A stretch of 60,538 nt of DNA, the filler included, from Hausera hauseri (Eukaryota), in assembly GCA_046269625.1 (NCBI GenBank). It is 11 parts of 11 records of this genome, joined end to end, with 100 filler letters (N's around TTAATTAATTAA, not from the genome) between each part and the next. Parts side by side here need not be neighbours in the genome. Positions count along the whole stretch, not along the records: positions 31,752 to 38,463 come from JBJURY010072550.1; positions 38,564 to 45,636 come from JBJURY010039777.1; 9 more parts are not named here. One strand, 5' to 3'. The translations under genes and the position numbers were made by a program. Below are positions 34,739 through 45,436 of the stretch, piece by piece. The notes beneath the pieces are model-generated. The model worked only from the letters and a program-made list of their open reading frames with translations. It did no database searches and was not told the origin of the DNA. Each line of letters begins with the position of its first letter. The first letter of the stretch is position 1.

Positions 34739-37700
34739 CAGCGGGTTTAGAGCTGCTTCCAGAACTTTCCAGGCATTTTCACCCACAGGGAAAAAGAAAA
34801 GCCGAACAGTTGTACCCAGTGTCTGTGGAAAAGAAACCCAGATTAACGGGCCAGAACTGTATTATTTCACACAAATCACACCAAAATGTTTGTGTAATAA
34901 AGTCAAATTATTGTTTTCAAACGACAATAAAAGCTCAAAATGCACAACGTGTCTTGCTTCGCGACCCGGCATTAAAGAGCAACCACTTTTTCATGAAACC
35001 AGAGTCAATAAAGAGGCCCGGGGACCGTCTCACGCAGTCAGGTCGCCCCACTCTAATAAGACTCAATCCACATCGGGTCTCAATGAGCCCACAGGTGTTA
35101 ACAAAGGGCCGTCTGGCACAGCCAGACCCCACGTTTCTGTTAAACACACATTGTCCACTAGAGGGCCCCAAAAGCCCAGGGATAACAGCAAAGAGGCAAG
35201 CCTCTCAGCCAGACACATTGGATGTCACGCTGCGGCCTCTAGAGGGCCTCCAGAGCCCCCGTTTAAATATGCCTCTCAGACTTGCTGCTCACACATTAAA
35301 ATGGGCCTCGTGTGCCCCACCTTTATGGATCAAACACACGGTAGTCCATGGTTTCAGGCTACAATTCAACAAAAGACCACCACCTTTCAGAGGCGTGACA
35401 ATGTCGACTATAAGCCCAGCGGGAGTCCCCACAATGAGAGAGGAGATTCACTCACTCCTAAACAAAGGAGCAATCAGAGTGATCCCTCCTCAGGAGAAGA
35501 ACAAAGGCTTTTACAGCCGGTACTTCGTAATCCCCAAGAGGGGTGGGGGCCTACGCCCAATTTTGGATTTGAGGTGCTTGAACAGCAGACTGAGGTCATT
35601 CAGGTTCAAGATGTTGACATTACGCCAGGTGATGCAGTCTGTTCGACCAGGAGACTGGTGTACGAGCGTCGACTTAAAAGACGCCTTCTTCCACATTCCC
35701 ATCCTGCCAAAACACAGGAAATTCCTGCGTTTTGCCTTCGAGGACACTGCGTACGAGTACCAGGTCCTCCCATTCGGATTATCACTGGCCCCCAGAGTGT
35801 TCACAAAGTGCCTCGAGGCGGCCCTGGTGCCATTAAAAAGTCAAGGTGTCAGAACACTGGACTACCTGGACGACTTGCTGGTCCTGGCGGAATCACACCA
35901 CCAAGCCAGAGCACACACGAACCTGCTGATGTCACACCTGACATCCTTAGGCTTTGTGATAAATGCAGAGAAGAGCCAACTGTCGCCCACCCAGAACATC
36001 ACGTACCTGGGAGTGGTGCTAGACTCGGTTCTTTACAGAGCAAAACTGTCAGACAGGAGAATAACAGACCTCCAACAGTGTTTGGCTTTGTTCCAACACA
36101 GGAGGATGTTACCCCCCAGGCAGTGCCGACGCCTCTTGGGCCTCATGGCAGCTGCGGTTGCCACGGTCCCCTTAGGCTTATTGCAAATGAGACCGTTCCA
36201 GATGTGGTTCCACAAACAACAGAGTCTCGCCCCCCCGCATCAGCGGAAAATTCGAGTCTCTGCAGCCTGCATGAAAGCCCTTTTACCATGGAGGGGGGGA
36301 GCGGCCCTCAATGGAGGAGCCCCCCTGGGCAGAATCTTGTCACGGGTGCTCGTGACCACAGATGCTTCAAAGGCAGGTTGGGGAGGAATATGCAGGAACC
36401 AGCACGTAAGAGGGCTGTGGTCCCCACAGGAGGCCCAGCTGCACATAAACAAACTGGAAATGATGGCTGTGTTCCTGTCACTGAAACATTTCAACAGGAC
36501 GGGCCTGGTCTCACAACAGAATGTTCTGATAAGATCAGACAACAGGTGCGTGGTCGCGCACGTAAACAAACAGGGGAGCACGCGATCCGCGTCCCTCCTC
36601 CGTCTGACTCAGAAGCTGCTGCGTTGGAGCAGCTTAAACCTGCTGTCACTCAGAGCAACACATGTGCCAGGAGTGCTAAACCACGGGGCAGACGCGCTCT
36701 CCAGAGGCGCTCCTCTCCCCACAGAATGGAGGCTACATCCCCACATTGTGAACCAGATCTGGACACGCTTCGGCAAAGCCGACGTAGATCTGTTCGCATC
36801 CAGGGACAACGCCCACTGTCATATGTATTTCTCCATTCGGGACGTGAACGCACCACTCGGCGTGGACGCGCTAGCTCACGAATGGCCAGCAGAGGGGCGC
36901 TATTACGCCTTCCCACCAGTGGCCTTGATCCAGGCGACACTAGAACGTGTACGCAGGGGAGCCCTCACTCTAATCCTCGTCGCTCCAAGATGGACGAAGA
37001 AGGTTTGGTTTGCAGAGATAATATCTCTGTTGTCAGGACAACCGTGGAAACTGCCTGTTCGCAGAGATCTTCTGTCGCAGGCGCACGGACAGATCTGGCA
37101 CCCACATCCAGAACTGTGGGACCTGTGGGCCTGGCCCCTGAAAGGGAAAAGCTCAGGGCCGCAGGCCTCCCCAGCAATGTGGTGAACACAATCCAGTGTG
37201 CACGAGCTGAGTCGACGCAGACACTCTATGCCTCGAAATGGCGAGTGTTCGAGACCTGGTGTCAGGAGAGAAATATTATTTCTTACTCCAGTGACGTAAC
37301 ACAGGTGCTCACCTTTCTACAAGAATTGTTAGAAAAAGGTCGCTCCTTTTCTACAATTAAGGTGTTTTTGTCAGCTATCTCAGCATGCCACGAAGGATGG
37401 AGGGAGAGGTCTCCGGGCGCTCACCCCCTCGTGATTCGCTTCATGAAGGGAGTGTTGAGAAAAAGGCCCCCAGGCAGAGTGCTGGCTCCACAATGGGACC
37501 TAACGCTGGTCTTGGATGCCCTCTGTGACCCACCGTTTGAACCTTTACAGAGCATTAAGATGGATCTTCTGTCTTACAAGACAGCTCTCCTCTTAGCTAT
37601 ATGTTCTGCAAAACGTGTCGGCGACCTCCACGCCCTCTCAGTTCACCCCCTGTGCACCCAGTTTGCCCAGGATAACTCTAAGGTGTTATTACGCCCGAAC

Positions 37701-38180
37701 CCAGCGTACGTGCCTAAAGTCCCATCTTTGGCTTATCAGTGCCTGGGGTTCGAACTGTCAGCTTTCCCTCCGCCTCCAGTTTTAACTAGAGAGCAGAGAC
37801 GCATGAGCTCACTTTGCCCTGTACGTGCTTTACGCATCTACATGGAGAGAACAAGTAGCTGGCGCAAAACTAATCAGCTGTTTGTGTGCTTTGCTACACC
37901 TGCTGCAGGTAAAGCTCTATCCAAACAACGCCTCTCACATTGGGTGACAGAGGCTATTTCGAGAGCTTACAAAAGCAGAGGCCAAGAGGCCCCGAATGGG
38001 TTGCACGCTCACTCCACGAGAGGACTGGCAACCTCATGGGCGTTATTTAGGGGCGTTCCAGTTGCACAGATATGTTCTGCTGCAAACTGGGCGTCGCCTA
38101 ATACGTTCATAAAACACTACAGCCTGGACGTCACAAGAGATGACGTCACCCAGGCGGTGCTTTCCGCTCAGGAGCGCTAA
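34365..38180 (+). CDS. DIRS tyrosine recombinase ORF (YR domain in the C-terminal ~350 aa; N-terminal part overlaps RT in another frame)
   Basis: SAKRVGDL (catalytic R), LCPVRAL, AHSTR (HxxR), W.SPNTFIKHY (catalytic Y). Confidence 0.92.
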   Translation: MQPSFIKLWSPQACSAAPWRKSRADATRGRNKRRPYVKACPGDTSHSPETQVVPGSRHNVKTLPPDARHTRGRRSRLSRGRLPRQSNVDALLRANRGQRTGLPRDKRDSSGLLRRGETESRSQPNSGFRAASRTFQAFSPTGKKKSRTVVPSVCGKETQINGPELYYFTQITPKCLCNKVKLLFSNDNKSSKCTTCLASRPGIKEQPLFHETRVNKEARGPSHAVRSPHSNKTQSTSGLNEPTGVNKGPSGTARPHVSVKHTLSTRGPQKPRDNSKEASLSARHIGCHAAASRGPPEPPFKYASQTCCSHIKMGLVCPTFMDQTHGSPWFQATIQQKTTTFQRRDNVDYKPSGSPHNERGDSLTPKQRSNQSDPSSGEEQRLLQPVLRNPQEGWGPTPNFGFEVLEQQTEVIQVQDVDITPGDAVCSTRRLVYERRLKRRLLPHSHPAKTQEIPAFCLRGHCVRVPGPPIRIITGPQSVHKVPRGGPGAIKKSRCQNTGLPGRLAGPGGITPPSQSTHEPADVTPDILRLCDKCREEPTVAHPEHHVPGSGARLGSLQSKTVRQENNRPPTVFGFVPTQEDVTPQAVPTPLGPHGSCGCHGPLRLIANETVPDVVPQTTESRPPASAENSSLCSLHESPFTMEGGSGPQWRSPPGQNLVTGARDHRCFKGRLGRNMQEPARKRAVVPTGGPAAHKQTGNDGCVPVTETFQQDGPGLTTECSDKIRQQVRGRARKQTGEHAIRVPPPSDSEAAALEQLKPAVTQSNTCARSAKPRGRRALQRRSSPHRMEATSPHCEPDLDTLRQSRRRSVRIQGQRPLSYVFLHSGRERTTRRGRASSRMASRGALLRLPTSGLDPGDTRTCTQGSPHSNPRRSKMDEEGLVCRDNISVVRTTVETACSQRSSVAGARTDLAPTSRTVGPVGLAPEREKLRAAGLPSNVVNTIQCARAESTQTLYASKWRVFETWCQERNIISYSSDVTQVLTFLQELLEKGRSFSTIKVFLSAISACHEGWRERSPGAHPLVIRFMKGVLRKRPPGRVLAPQWDLTLVLDALCDPPFEPLQSIKMDLLSYKTALLLAICSAKRVGDLHALSVHPLCTQFAQDNSKVLLRPNPAYVPKVPSLAYQCLGFELSAFPPPPVLTREQRRMSSLCPVRALRIYMERTSSWRKTNQLFVCFATPAAGKALSKQRLSHWVTEAISRAYKSRGQEAPNGLHAHSTRGLATSWALFRGVPVAQICSAANWASPNTFIKHYSLDVTRDDVTQAVLSAQER
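34651..37185 (+). CDS. DIRS RT / RNase H / N6-adenine methyltransferase-like ORF (true start uncertain)
   Basis: GGLRPILDLR, VDLKDAFFHI, LPFGLSLAPRVFTK, YLDD; RNase H TTDASKAGWGG, HINKLEM, RSDN; MT-like VDLFAS, DALAHEW, YAFPP. Confidence 0.95.
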   Translation: MVKEPVCLETSGTAQDFFDGERQKAEVSLTAGLELLPELSRHFHPQGKRKAEQLYPVSVEKKPRLTGQNCIISHKSHQNVCVIKSNYCFQTTIKAQNAQRVLLRDPALKSNHFFMKPESIKRPGDRLTQSGRPTLIRLNPHRVSMSPQVLTKGRLAQPDPTFLLNTHCPLEGPKSPGITAKRQASQPDTLDVTLRPLEGLQSPRLNMPLRLAAHTLKWASCAPPLWIKHTVVHGFRLQFNKRPPPFRGVTMSTISPAGVPTMREEIHSLLNKGAIRVIPPQEKNKGFYSRYFVIPKRGGGLRPILDLRCLNSRLRSFRFKMLTLRQVMQSVRPGDWCTSVDLKDAFFHIPILPKHRKFLRFAFEDTAYEYQVLPFGLSLAPRVFTKCLEAALVPLKSQGVRTLDYLDDLLVLAESHHQARAHTNLLMSHLTSLGFVINAEKSQLSPTQNITYLGVVLDSVLYRAKLSDRRITDLQQCLALFQHRRMLPPRQCRRLLGLMAAAVATVPLGLLQMRPFQMWFHKQQSLAPPHQRKIRVSAACMKALLPWRGGAALNGGAPLGRILSRVLVTTDASKAGWGGICRNQHVRGLWSPQEAQLHINKLEMMAVFLSLKHFNRTGLVSQQNVLIRSDNRCVVAHVNKQGSTRSASLLRLTQKLLRWSSLNLLSLRATHVPGVLNHGADALSRGAPLPTEWRLHPHIVNQIWTRFGKADVDLFASRDNAHCHMYFSIRDVNAPLGVDALAHEWPAEGRYYAFPPVALIQATLERVRRGALTLILVAPRWTKKVWFAEIISLLSGQPWKLPVRRDLLSQAHGQIWHPHPELWDLWAWPLKGKSSGPQASPAMW

Positions 38181-38242
38181 GGCGCACTCCTGTTGCAGCC
38201 TTAGGCCCAAGTCTGCCGGCACTTCCGGGGCGTGATGGTATG

Positions 38243-38346
38243 TTCCCATACTTATGTGTTGCACCGCAGTGAACTGACTGAAAGGGAACTGGAGGTTATG
38301 CACCATAACCAATGTTCCCTGAAGGAAGGGAACAAGGTGCAACACT
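38243..38346 (+). repeat. DIRS internal complementary region (ICR)
   Basis: 38243-38289 is the reverse complement of the first ~47 nt of the element, followed by hairpin GGTTATG-CAC-CATAACC and GTTCCC...GGGAAC. Confidence 0.88.
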
Positions 38347-38372
38347 AGTTGGCCCCTCCAATGCATGGGCTC

Positions 38373-38463
38373 GGTGAAGTGCTTAAAGATGGCGGACTCG
38401 AGACGTGCAGCGTCTTTTATACCAAGGGGGCGGAGCCCCTTGGTGACGCTGACGCCTCTCCGG
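38373..38463 (-). repeat. DIRS right inverted terminal repeat (partial)
   Basis: Near-perfect reverse complement of 32763-32853. Confidence 0.9.
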
Positions 38464-39049
38464 NNNNNNNNNNNNNNNNNNNNNNNNNNNNNNNNNNNNN
38501 NNNNNNNTTAATTAATTAANNNNNNNNNNNNNNNNNNNNNNNNNNNNNNNNNNNNNNNNNNNNCTGAGACAGAGCAATGTAGGGGTTTATTTGTTAGATC
38601 TAATGAATAATAATAGCATGGTTGTCCTGCCCCTTGGAGGACATAAAGGTCTCCTTTCACCAAATTTTCACCATCACAACCGAAGCTTCTACAATTTTTA
38701 TTTAATTCTCTCCTTTCTGTGGGTGCTTTCAATCATAATTTAGCACACATCAACTCCTCCTCTATGGTTTGCCATTAATCATTTTTAATTTCCCATCTAT
38801 GTTATTTTTCTTTTTTCCATTATTTAAAATACTCAGCAATCTTTTTTAGCTTTAGTTTGATTTGTATTGTGTGCTTTCTCAGAAAAAGTGCCGTAAGTCG
38901 GCGCTCAGTGTCTTGCGAAGACAGAGAGTTTTACTCCACAAAGAGAGAAGCACCATTCACACACGAACAACAGAGCAGAGCATCAATGACAAACAGACAA
39001 AACAACAGCACAGTAATGACAAAACAACAATGACAAATTTCTTATTTAC

Positions 39050-39266
39050 ACAAGGCCTTTCCTTCCCTCTAGTTTTAACTTTTATCTTCTGTTGTGGGGT
39101 TTTAATGCTGATTGTGCTTAGTTTTCCATTAAATCATACTGTTTTATCCAATAAGGTAAGAGAGCTAATGCTTCAGGGTGTGTTTTTTCTACCAACTTCC
39201 AATCTTTGCATACAAGTCCGTCAAGGACTTTTTGTTTAGCTTTGCTTTTCTTTTTCCCTTTCCCAT
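39050..39266 (-). pseudogene. ERV gag N-terminus (matrix-like), frameshifted
   Basis: MGKGKKKSKAKQKVLDGLVCKDWKLVEKTHPEALALLPYWIKQYD..GKLS; Met-Gly plus basic patch, about 1 kb downstream of the PBS. Confidence 0.6.
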
Positions 39267-40239
39267 TTTGAACTAAATTTGGTTCCAGTTCTTTGTTAAC
39301 ACCTAGGGTGTTCTAAAACTGGATTTTCAACTTCAGAGGGACAGTGATCAACTTTACCTCTGTGGTAAAACTCACTTCAACCGTCAAGGTGGAGTTTTCT
39401 TGTCTACGAACATCCACAGAGGCTCACTGTTTGCTTCCCACTGTTTTGGTATAAGGAGTTCAGACCAAGCGGTTTGACCTCCTTCACACACACTCACATT
39501 CACACTTTTAGGCACCTTTGTTCGCGTCGCGTTCCTAATTATTTTATTGTTTATAGACCAGAGGACGCCGCCGCCCTTCACAGAATTTAACTGGTTTGGA
39601 CCAGAGGAGTCTGATCCTCCCTGCGGACTTTAACTGTCTTTGCACCTGACAGAGTCTAGAATTTCTCAGGGTTTTATTCACTTATTGTTTGTAGACCTTC
39701 TTTCACACTCACTTTCACACTCACTTTCACACCTACAAAATCATTTCATTTATTTCAAACAGAGGACTCCGTCGTCCCTGCAGAATTTAACTGAAAGAGG
39801 TATTATCCAATACTTAATCAGAGGAGTCTGCCCTCCTGTGGAATTTAACTGTTTCTTTTCATTTATTTAATCATTTCATTTATTTACAAAATCATTTCAT
39901 TTATTCATTTCATTACTTCGTTATTCATTCTCTCATCACATTCATTCTTTTTTTCGTTATTTATTTTCTCATCACATTCACTCCTTTTTCGTTATTCATT
40001 CTCTCATCACATTCTCTACTTAGGTCTCACAAACTTTTCCTTTTCCTTTTTACTTATTTCTCACACAATTTCTTTTTAATTGAAACCTACTCACCAGTCT
40101 CTGAAGCCTCCCTGGAACTCGTCAACCGTCCGGTCCCAGCCCGTGAGGGAGAAACCAGTCCTTTAACAGGTATTTTGCTGTGGCCACAGACTTCCCTGGA
40201 TCTCACTCACGCGCTGGACTCAGGATCGGTGTCTTGAGA

Positions 40240-40258
40240 TCCGGCTCTCGAAGGACCA
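40240..40258 (-). promoter_or_regulatory. Primer-binding site complementary to tRNA-Tyr
   Basis: TGGTCCTTCGAG(AG)CCGGA, 6 nt after the LTR end; complements the tRNA-Tyr 3' end TCCGGCTCGAAGGACCA with a 2-nt insertion. Confidence 0.82.
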
Positions 40259-40264
40259 ATTAAA

Positions 40265-40762
40265 TGTTCGGTCTAAAACCCGAACATTTGTAAACACGCT
40301 GTATAAAAGAAGACAACAGAGACGTGAGTTAAGGTTTAAACTCGCGAGGAGAGGGGTTCGGAGATGTGTCAGTTACATGCCTCAAAAATCCTCTGACAAA
40401 TCTCCGATCTCAACGCTTTTTAATGAATTTAGGAACGCCCTCATACATGAGTTCCAACCGCTAAAGGATTTGAAGAAACCGGTTGGAACTAAAACATATC
40501 AAACAAACAAAGATATACACTAGTCAAAATGTCAAGGTTCCGCTGCTCATTCCGCCTCCTTATCTGGCTCTGGCTCTGCTCTGTCTCTTCCAGCAGGCCC
40601 ATGTTTACAAACACAGACTGGGTGTGTGAGCCTGTCTTCTTGCAGCAGCAGCACAAAGAAAAGCAATGTTTAAGCACAAAGAAAAACTGTAGCATCTATG
40701 AATTAATACTTTTCTTAATGATAACAACTTCAAAATGAATCAAAACTAATTTGGTTCTAACA
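40265..40762 (-). repeat. ERV LTR (498 bp, TGTT...AACA)
   Basis: Bounded upstream by the PPT and downstream by the PBS, with canonical TG...CA termini. Confidence 0.82.
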
Positions 40763-40776
40763 ATTCCCCCCTTTTT
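40763..40776 (-). promoter_or_regulatory. Polypurine tract
   Basis: AAAAAGGGGGGAAT immediately before the TG of the LTR. Confidence 0.85.
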
Positions 40777-41129
40777 ATCGTTTAGAAAAGACCTATCAAA
40801 TTACACCAAACTACTTCTTCTTAACAGATTTTCAGTAGATGGATCACACACGGTCTCCATGTAAAGTTTATACTCAAAGGGTCAGACTGCTCCCAACCTC
40901 TTCTTCTCTGCTCAGCTGGAAGCCTCATCAGGGGAGCAATCTGAAAGAAGGCAAATCTCAAAAATAGGAAAGTATTAAAAGTAAATATATACACTTTAAT
41001 AGTCATCAGGATTTGGATAAAGATCAGGGAAATGTATAGGAAAAACATTATCCTCGTCTTCTCCGTTGTCATCTTTGTCTGGAATTTCTTCAAGGGGCAG
41101 CAGGGAGTGAAAGAGAAAAAGAAACCTAC

Positions 41130-42500
41130 TGTAGCAGCGGGGAGGAGAGGTGACTGCTGCTCCATAGGTGCAATGGCTGTAGTAATTAATCTATTTAGCA
41201 GTGCTCTCAGACAGGGAATACAACAACATCCACACAAGGTTAGAATAGCTGCAAACACAGCAATAGAGATTAGTACAGAAACAACTAAGTCTTTGTACTT
41301 GACAACCATATTAGCCCAGGCATCCCCATCTTAGTGTCAACTCCAGAATGGTCTTTCATTTTGCCATTTAGGGATCTGAGCCCATCCAGGGCCCTTGTCA
41401 TTGCCGGCCAAACATAGCACAAACTCCTCCTTCCTTCCTTAGCCAACAGCATGTCAATGGCAATTCTGTTCCGGAAAGCCATCAAAGAGGTAGCTGACGA
41501 TTGTTCGTGGATAGCCTTGAACCCTTCTTGTGTCTTATTTCCTAAATTTTTTTACGTTGTAATGGATGTAGTTGATTCTGTCTACGTTTTTGTTTATAGT
41601 GCACCATCAGCAAATGGATGATTCAAAACCTGCTGTAATTTAATTTACAAGTTTATACTCATCAGGAACTTCCCCGTGAACGCCTATACTATTAATTATT
41701 AATATAATTTATCCATGATTCAGGCATTATGTCATTAGTATGTGAGACTAATTCTTCTACATTTACTACAGTTGCGCGTTCTGTACTGTTTAATGCTCAA
41801 CGTTTTTCCTGTACCGAGTCTATTTATGCAAGTAAAGCTCCCTTTTTCTATTTTTCTGGAGAAAATTGGTTTTTTGGGCACTGTGTTATTCATTACAGTG
41901 ACTAGACATTCAGGTGTTATAGGGGCAGGAACAACACGAAGGACTGGTCATCTGAATTTGTGAATCAACAATTCATTTTTTGCATGTAAGGTGAGGTGAG
42001 GTCCTTTTACTAGGGTTGTAGTTTCATTGCTAACCTGACTGTCAGAAAAATTCTTGCAAATGGACAGAAAACACATATGATCTTTTCCTGATTTATACAC
42101 ATACACTCTCAGGTGTATGCATGGAGTCGGTAGATAGGTGTAGTTATTTTTAACTAATCAAACAGTGGCTGTGATGTGGTATTAAAGCTTAACAACAGTG
42201 CAGTTTTAGTTGCAGATATGTTAATTAAATTCAGATCTCTTTATTCTTTTATGTATGGTTGTATTTCTTTGTGACAGATTCCAGGTGTTTTGTTCTATTA
42301 TCCACAGAACCACGCATGTTATAAGCAGGAGGATCGCTCCTACACAAAACCAAATCTTGTTCTGTTTTGAAAGTATTTCCTTTTGGATTTGATCCCCTTC
42401 CTAAAAACCCCTCGGCAGAGATGTGGACAATCTTCACCGGTTTGAGACAATTGTATACTGAAAATACAATTCCCTTTGTACCACGGGCTTCCTCTGGGGG
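41130..42500 (-). pseudogene. ERV env (gamma-type TM subunit; SU heavily deleted)
   Basis: IGVHGEVPDEYK, INKNVDRINYIHYNV, immunosuppressive-domain-like MAFRNRIAIDMLLAKEG, TM VLISIAVFAAILTLCGCCCIPC. The 5' boundary is approximate. Confidence 0.88.
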
Positions 42501-42589
42501 TCAGTGAAGGTTAGCAAATCTTACAGAAAATGAGATATTGTCACACAGAATACTATAATAGAAAATATAATTCTAATCACTTTCCTGCT

Positions 42590-44890
42590 TTAACACCAGT
42601 TTACAATGTGTAAGATGAATCCATGTGCTTCTCTCAGCTATTTTTAAAGCTGTTGGTGTGGTTAATAATACTTGGTAGGGGCCTTCCCACCTTGGGGAGT
42701 GCCAATGTTTCTTCTTTATGCTTTTAATGAGGACCCAGTCTCCTGGTTTAGCTAATGGTTCTTCCTGTAGATCTGTGCAGACAAATTATGATTGGTCAAC
42801 ATAAATTCTTTGCAAACTTTGAAGATCGCATATAAACACAAAAAGGTCATATTTACTGACTAATTCATTTTTTTCTCATTTTTCTAAAATGCCATAAAGT
42901 TTTACTCTTCATATCCATTACCTACATTTGAAGCGTATTGTACTATGCGTCTATAAAGTTGTAGTTAATTACTAATGAGGATATCTGATTATTAAACTTC
43001 ATAAACATAAAACGGTAAAATAATTTGACAGAAGTGACATTGCAGTTTTTTCTTCTCTGTAAATTATAACTGCTCAACTCCATAATTGCGACTATTTAAT
43101 CTAAATGCATATAATAAATAGATATGCACTGGAAAAAATTTTGCTGTACCTCTAAAGCTTGATGATTGTGCCATAAACAGATACTTGAACCAAGTACCCA
43201 AAATATGCATAAAAATATAAAAAAATGTCTGATGCCATTTGATGAAGTTTGATTTTATTTCATGTATGATATATATATATATTTTTGTAGCAATTAAGGA
43301 CCTTTTTGGAAAATTTATTTACCCTTTAATACAGAATGTATTTTAGTCATGAATATTTCAGAACACTTTATTTTCATAATGCCTTTTACAAAATGATTTT
43401 TTAAAGTAATGTGGAAGGCTTGTCCTATTTTAGTTATTATTTGGTTTACAAAATGGCTTCCATTATCACTGTATATTTTTTCAGGTATTCCATATCTAGG
43501 TATAATGTCTTTACATAATGCTTTTGCAACTGTTAAGGCATCTGGGTGTTTTGTAGGGAACAGTTCAATCCATTTTGAAAAGGAGTCTATTATGACTAAA
43601 CAAAACTTTTTTCCTTCACTGCTATTTAACTCTATGAAGTCCATGTGCAGATGTTGAAATGGATATTTAGGTTTTGGAAAACTACCTCTTTTAGGTCTTA
43701 AGTTTCCTTGGGCATTGTGTTTTGCACAGATCAAACAGGTTCTACAAAAAAATTTTTTGAATAAGAAATATAATGTTGGTGAACCAATCCACACATCCTC
43801 CCTGTTGAGACATGGACCTTTGTTCATGACTCAAAATTGCTGCCCATTTATATAGTTTTTTTTTTTTTTAAGTAGGATTGGTTTACCTTCAGGTCATATG
43901 TAAATTCCATCTTTTTGTTTTGCTCCTTTAGCCGTCTAGTGTTTCTGTTCTGTCTGTGGAGCTTGTTCTTACATTTGCCTTAGTGCGTCATCAGTTAAAT
44001 CTGTGTTTTGAAAATAAATTTCAGGGGGTGACCTTGCTGCTTCTTTTGCTATTTTATCAGCGAAGGCATTCCCTTTGCTAAGCTGTACTGCTTCTAAAAG
44101 TTCTTTTAACAGTTCTGCATGAGTGACGGGCTTGCCTGTTGATGGCCTAAATATTTTACATTTTCTTTGCAGAACTGTAGTTTGTTTTTGCTAACTTTGT
44201 GACCTTCATTAGCCAAGTGAATCAATAAGGCTAGAGTGTCTGTTAAGCAGTCTTCCTTTGTTTCAGAGGCCACCAATATGTCATCCACATATACTAACAA
44301 CTGTTACTTTTAAAGGTAAAAGCGAACCAGAACTGACTGTCTTTATGGACAGACGGTGAGAAAAATGCATTACTGATGTTTACTACTGTAAAGCATTTTG
44401 CTTTTGGATTTAATGAATTTAATAAAGTATGAGGATCTGGCACACAAGGTGCCCTCTGGTTCACTTCATTATTAACTGCTTGTAAGTCCTGCACCATCCT
44501 CCAGCCCACATTGTACCATGTAGTTGGTCAGGGGACATTGAATCCTGAACCTGGCTGATTGTTTGTTTTCCTTCTTCTATCAGGTGCTGCTCTGGCAGTC
44601 ACAGAATCTGGTCCTAAGTTGACCCATGGAAGTGATTCTTTAATGGTTGTTCTACATGCTCTAGTTAAAGCAAAAATTTCTGCCTGTGCAGAAAGAGTGC
44701 TTGAGAGTTGTTCAGCTTCGATTATTTTATTTGGTAGAGCAACAACAGAATGACCTGTCAGATTTTTTTTTTTATTTTTTATTTTTTTCCTGGGGTCTTT
44801 TGAACAAGGCTCGTCAACAAACCAAACTTCTCGCATAATTAAGAGTGTCTTGTAAGTCTGACCTTGGAAGTTGCAAGTGCTCTGTAGCTT
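42590..44890 (-). pseudogene. ERV pol fragments (RNase H, RT, integrase), scrambled and interrupted
   Basis: WFVD..SAQAEIFALTRAC (44610-44830); WRMVQDLQAVN and YVDDIL (44140-44510); GNAFAD (~44060); HLHMDFIEL and YSDNGSHF (43390-43760); [14 protein letters not shown] (42590-42750); unrelated AT-rich insert ~42800-43390. Confidence 0.9.
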
Positions 44891-45436
44891 CACGCAGTTT
44901 GTAAATCCGTTCCTACAGTTTACAGTCTAAATAAAAGTTTTTATTATTATTATTTTTTTTTATGATATATATATATTTTATAGTTTGGAAGAATCAAATC
45001 ATCACCTGCATTAATGCTTGTTTTTTAGTGTCAGGAAACTGTTCTTCCTGGCCTGCTTTCCCTCAGGGAGAGTGTGTGTGCGTGTCTCGATAATTCACCT
45101 CGCCTCACTCCCTGCAGCGGCGGGGGGGGCAGCTGCTTTTGCTCGCTCCGCCAAGGCTCCTTTTTTTTTTTTTTTTTTTTTACGGTAAAATAGGTATGTT
45201 ACAAGGAGTTTGATCATTTAATTATTATACCTGCTTTAATAAAGTCCTCAATTACCGGTTTTATGCCTTCATAAGCATCTTATTTAAATTAGTATTATCT
45301 AATACATGGTCTGTATTCTGTTTTATAATGTTTTTCTGACTCTAGCTTTGTTTTAAACCACGATGTTACATATATCCTCATCTGACATTTTACAAAGAGA
45401 ATTCTAGATATAACATTTTTCCTTCTGTCAGTAATA

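Larger units (their letters stand above)
32664..38463 (+). mobile_element. DIRS1-type tyrosine-recombinase retrotransposon, near complete (right ITR cut by contig end)
   Basis: Starts GTTCCCTTTCAG; has inverted terminal repeats, an internal complementary region and three intact ORFs. Confidence 0.96.

Noticed and set aside
34365-38180. Phage integrase / prokaryotic retron- or DGR-like RT system
   Set aside because: RT, RNase H, MT and YR with ITR and ICR are the standard eukaryotic DIRS1 architecture.
9955-38463. A single composite virus combining glycoprotein, pPolB, RT and recombinase
   Set aside because: These lie on different contigs separated by artificial linkers and differ in composition.
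40240-40258. tRNA-Tyr gene
   Set aside because: Only the 3'-terminal ~18 nt including CCA match; this is a retroviral PBS with no cloverleaf.
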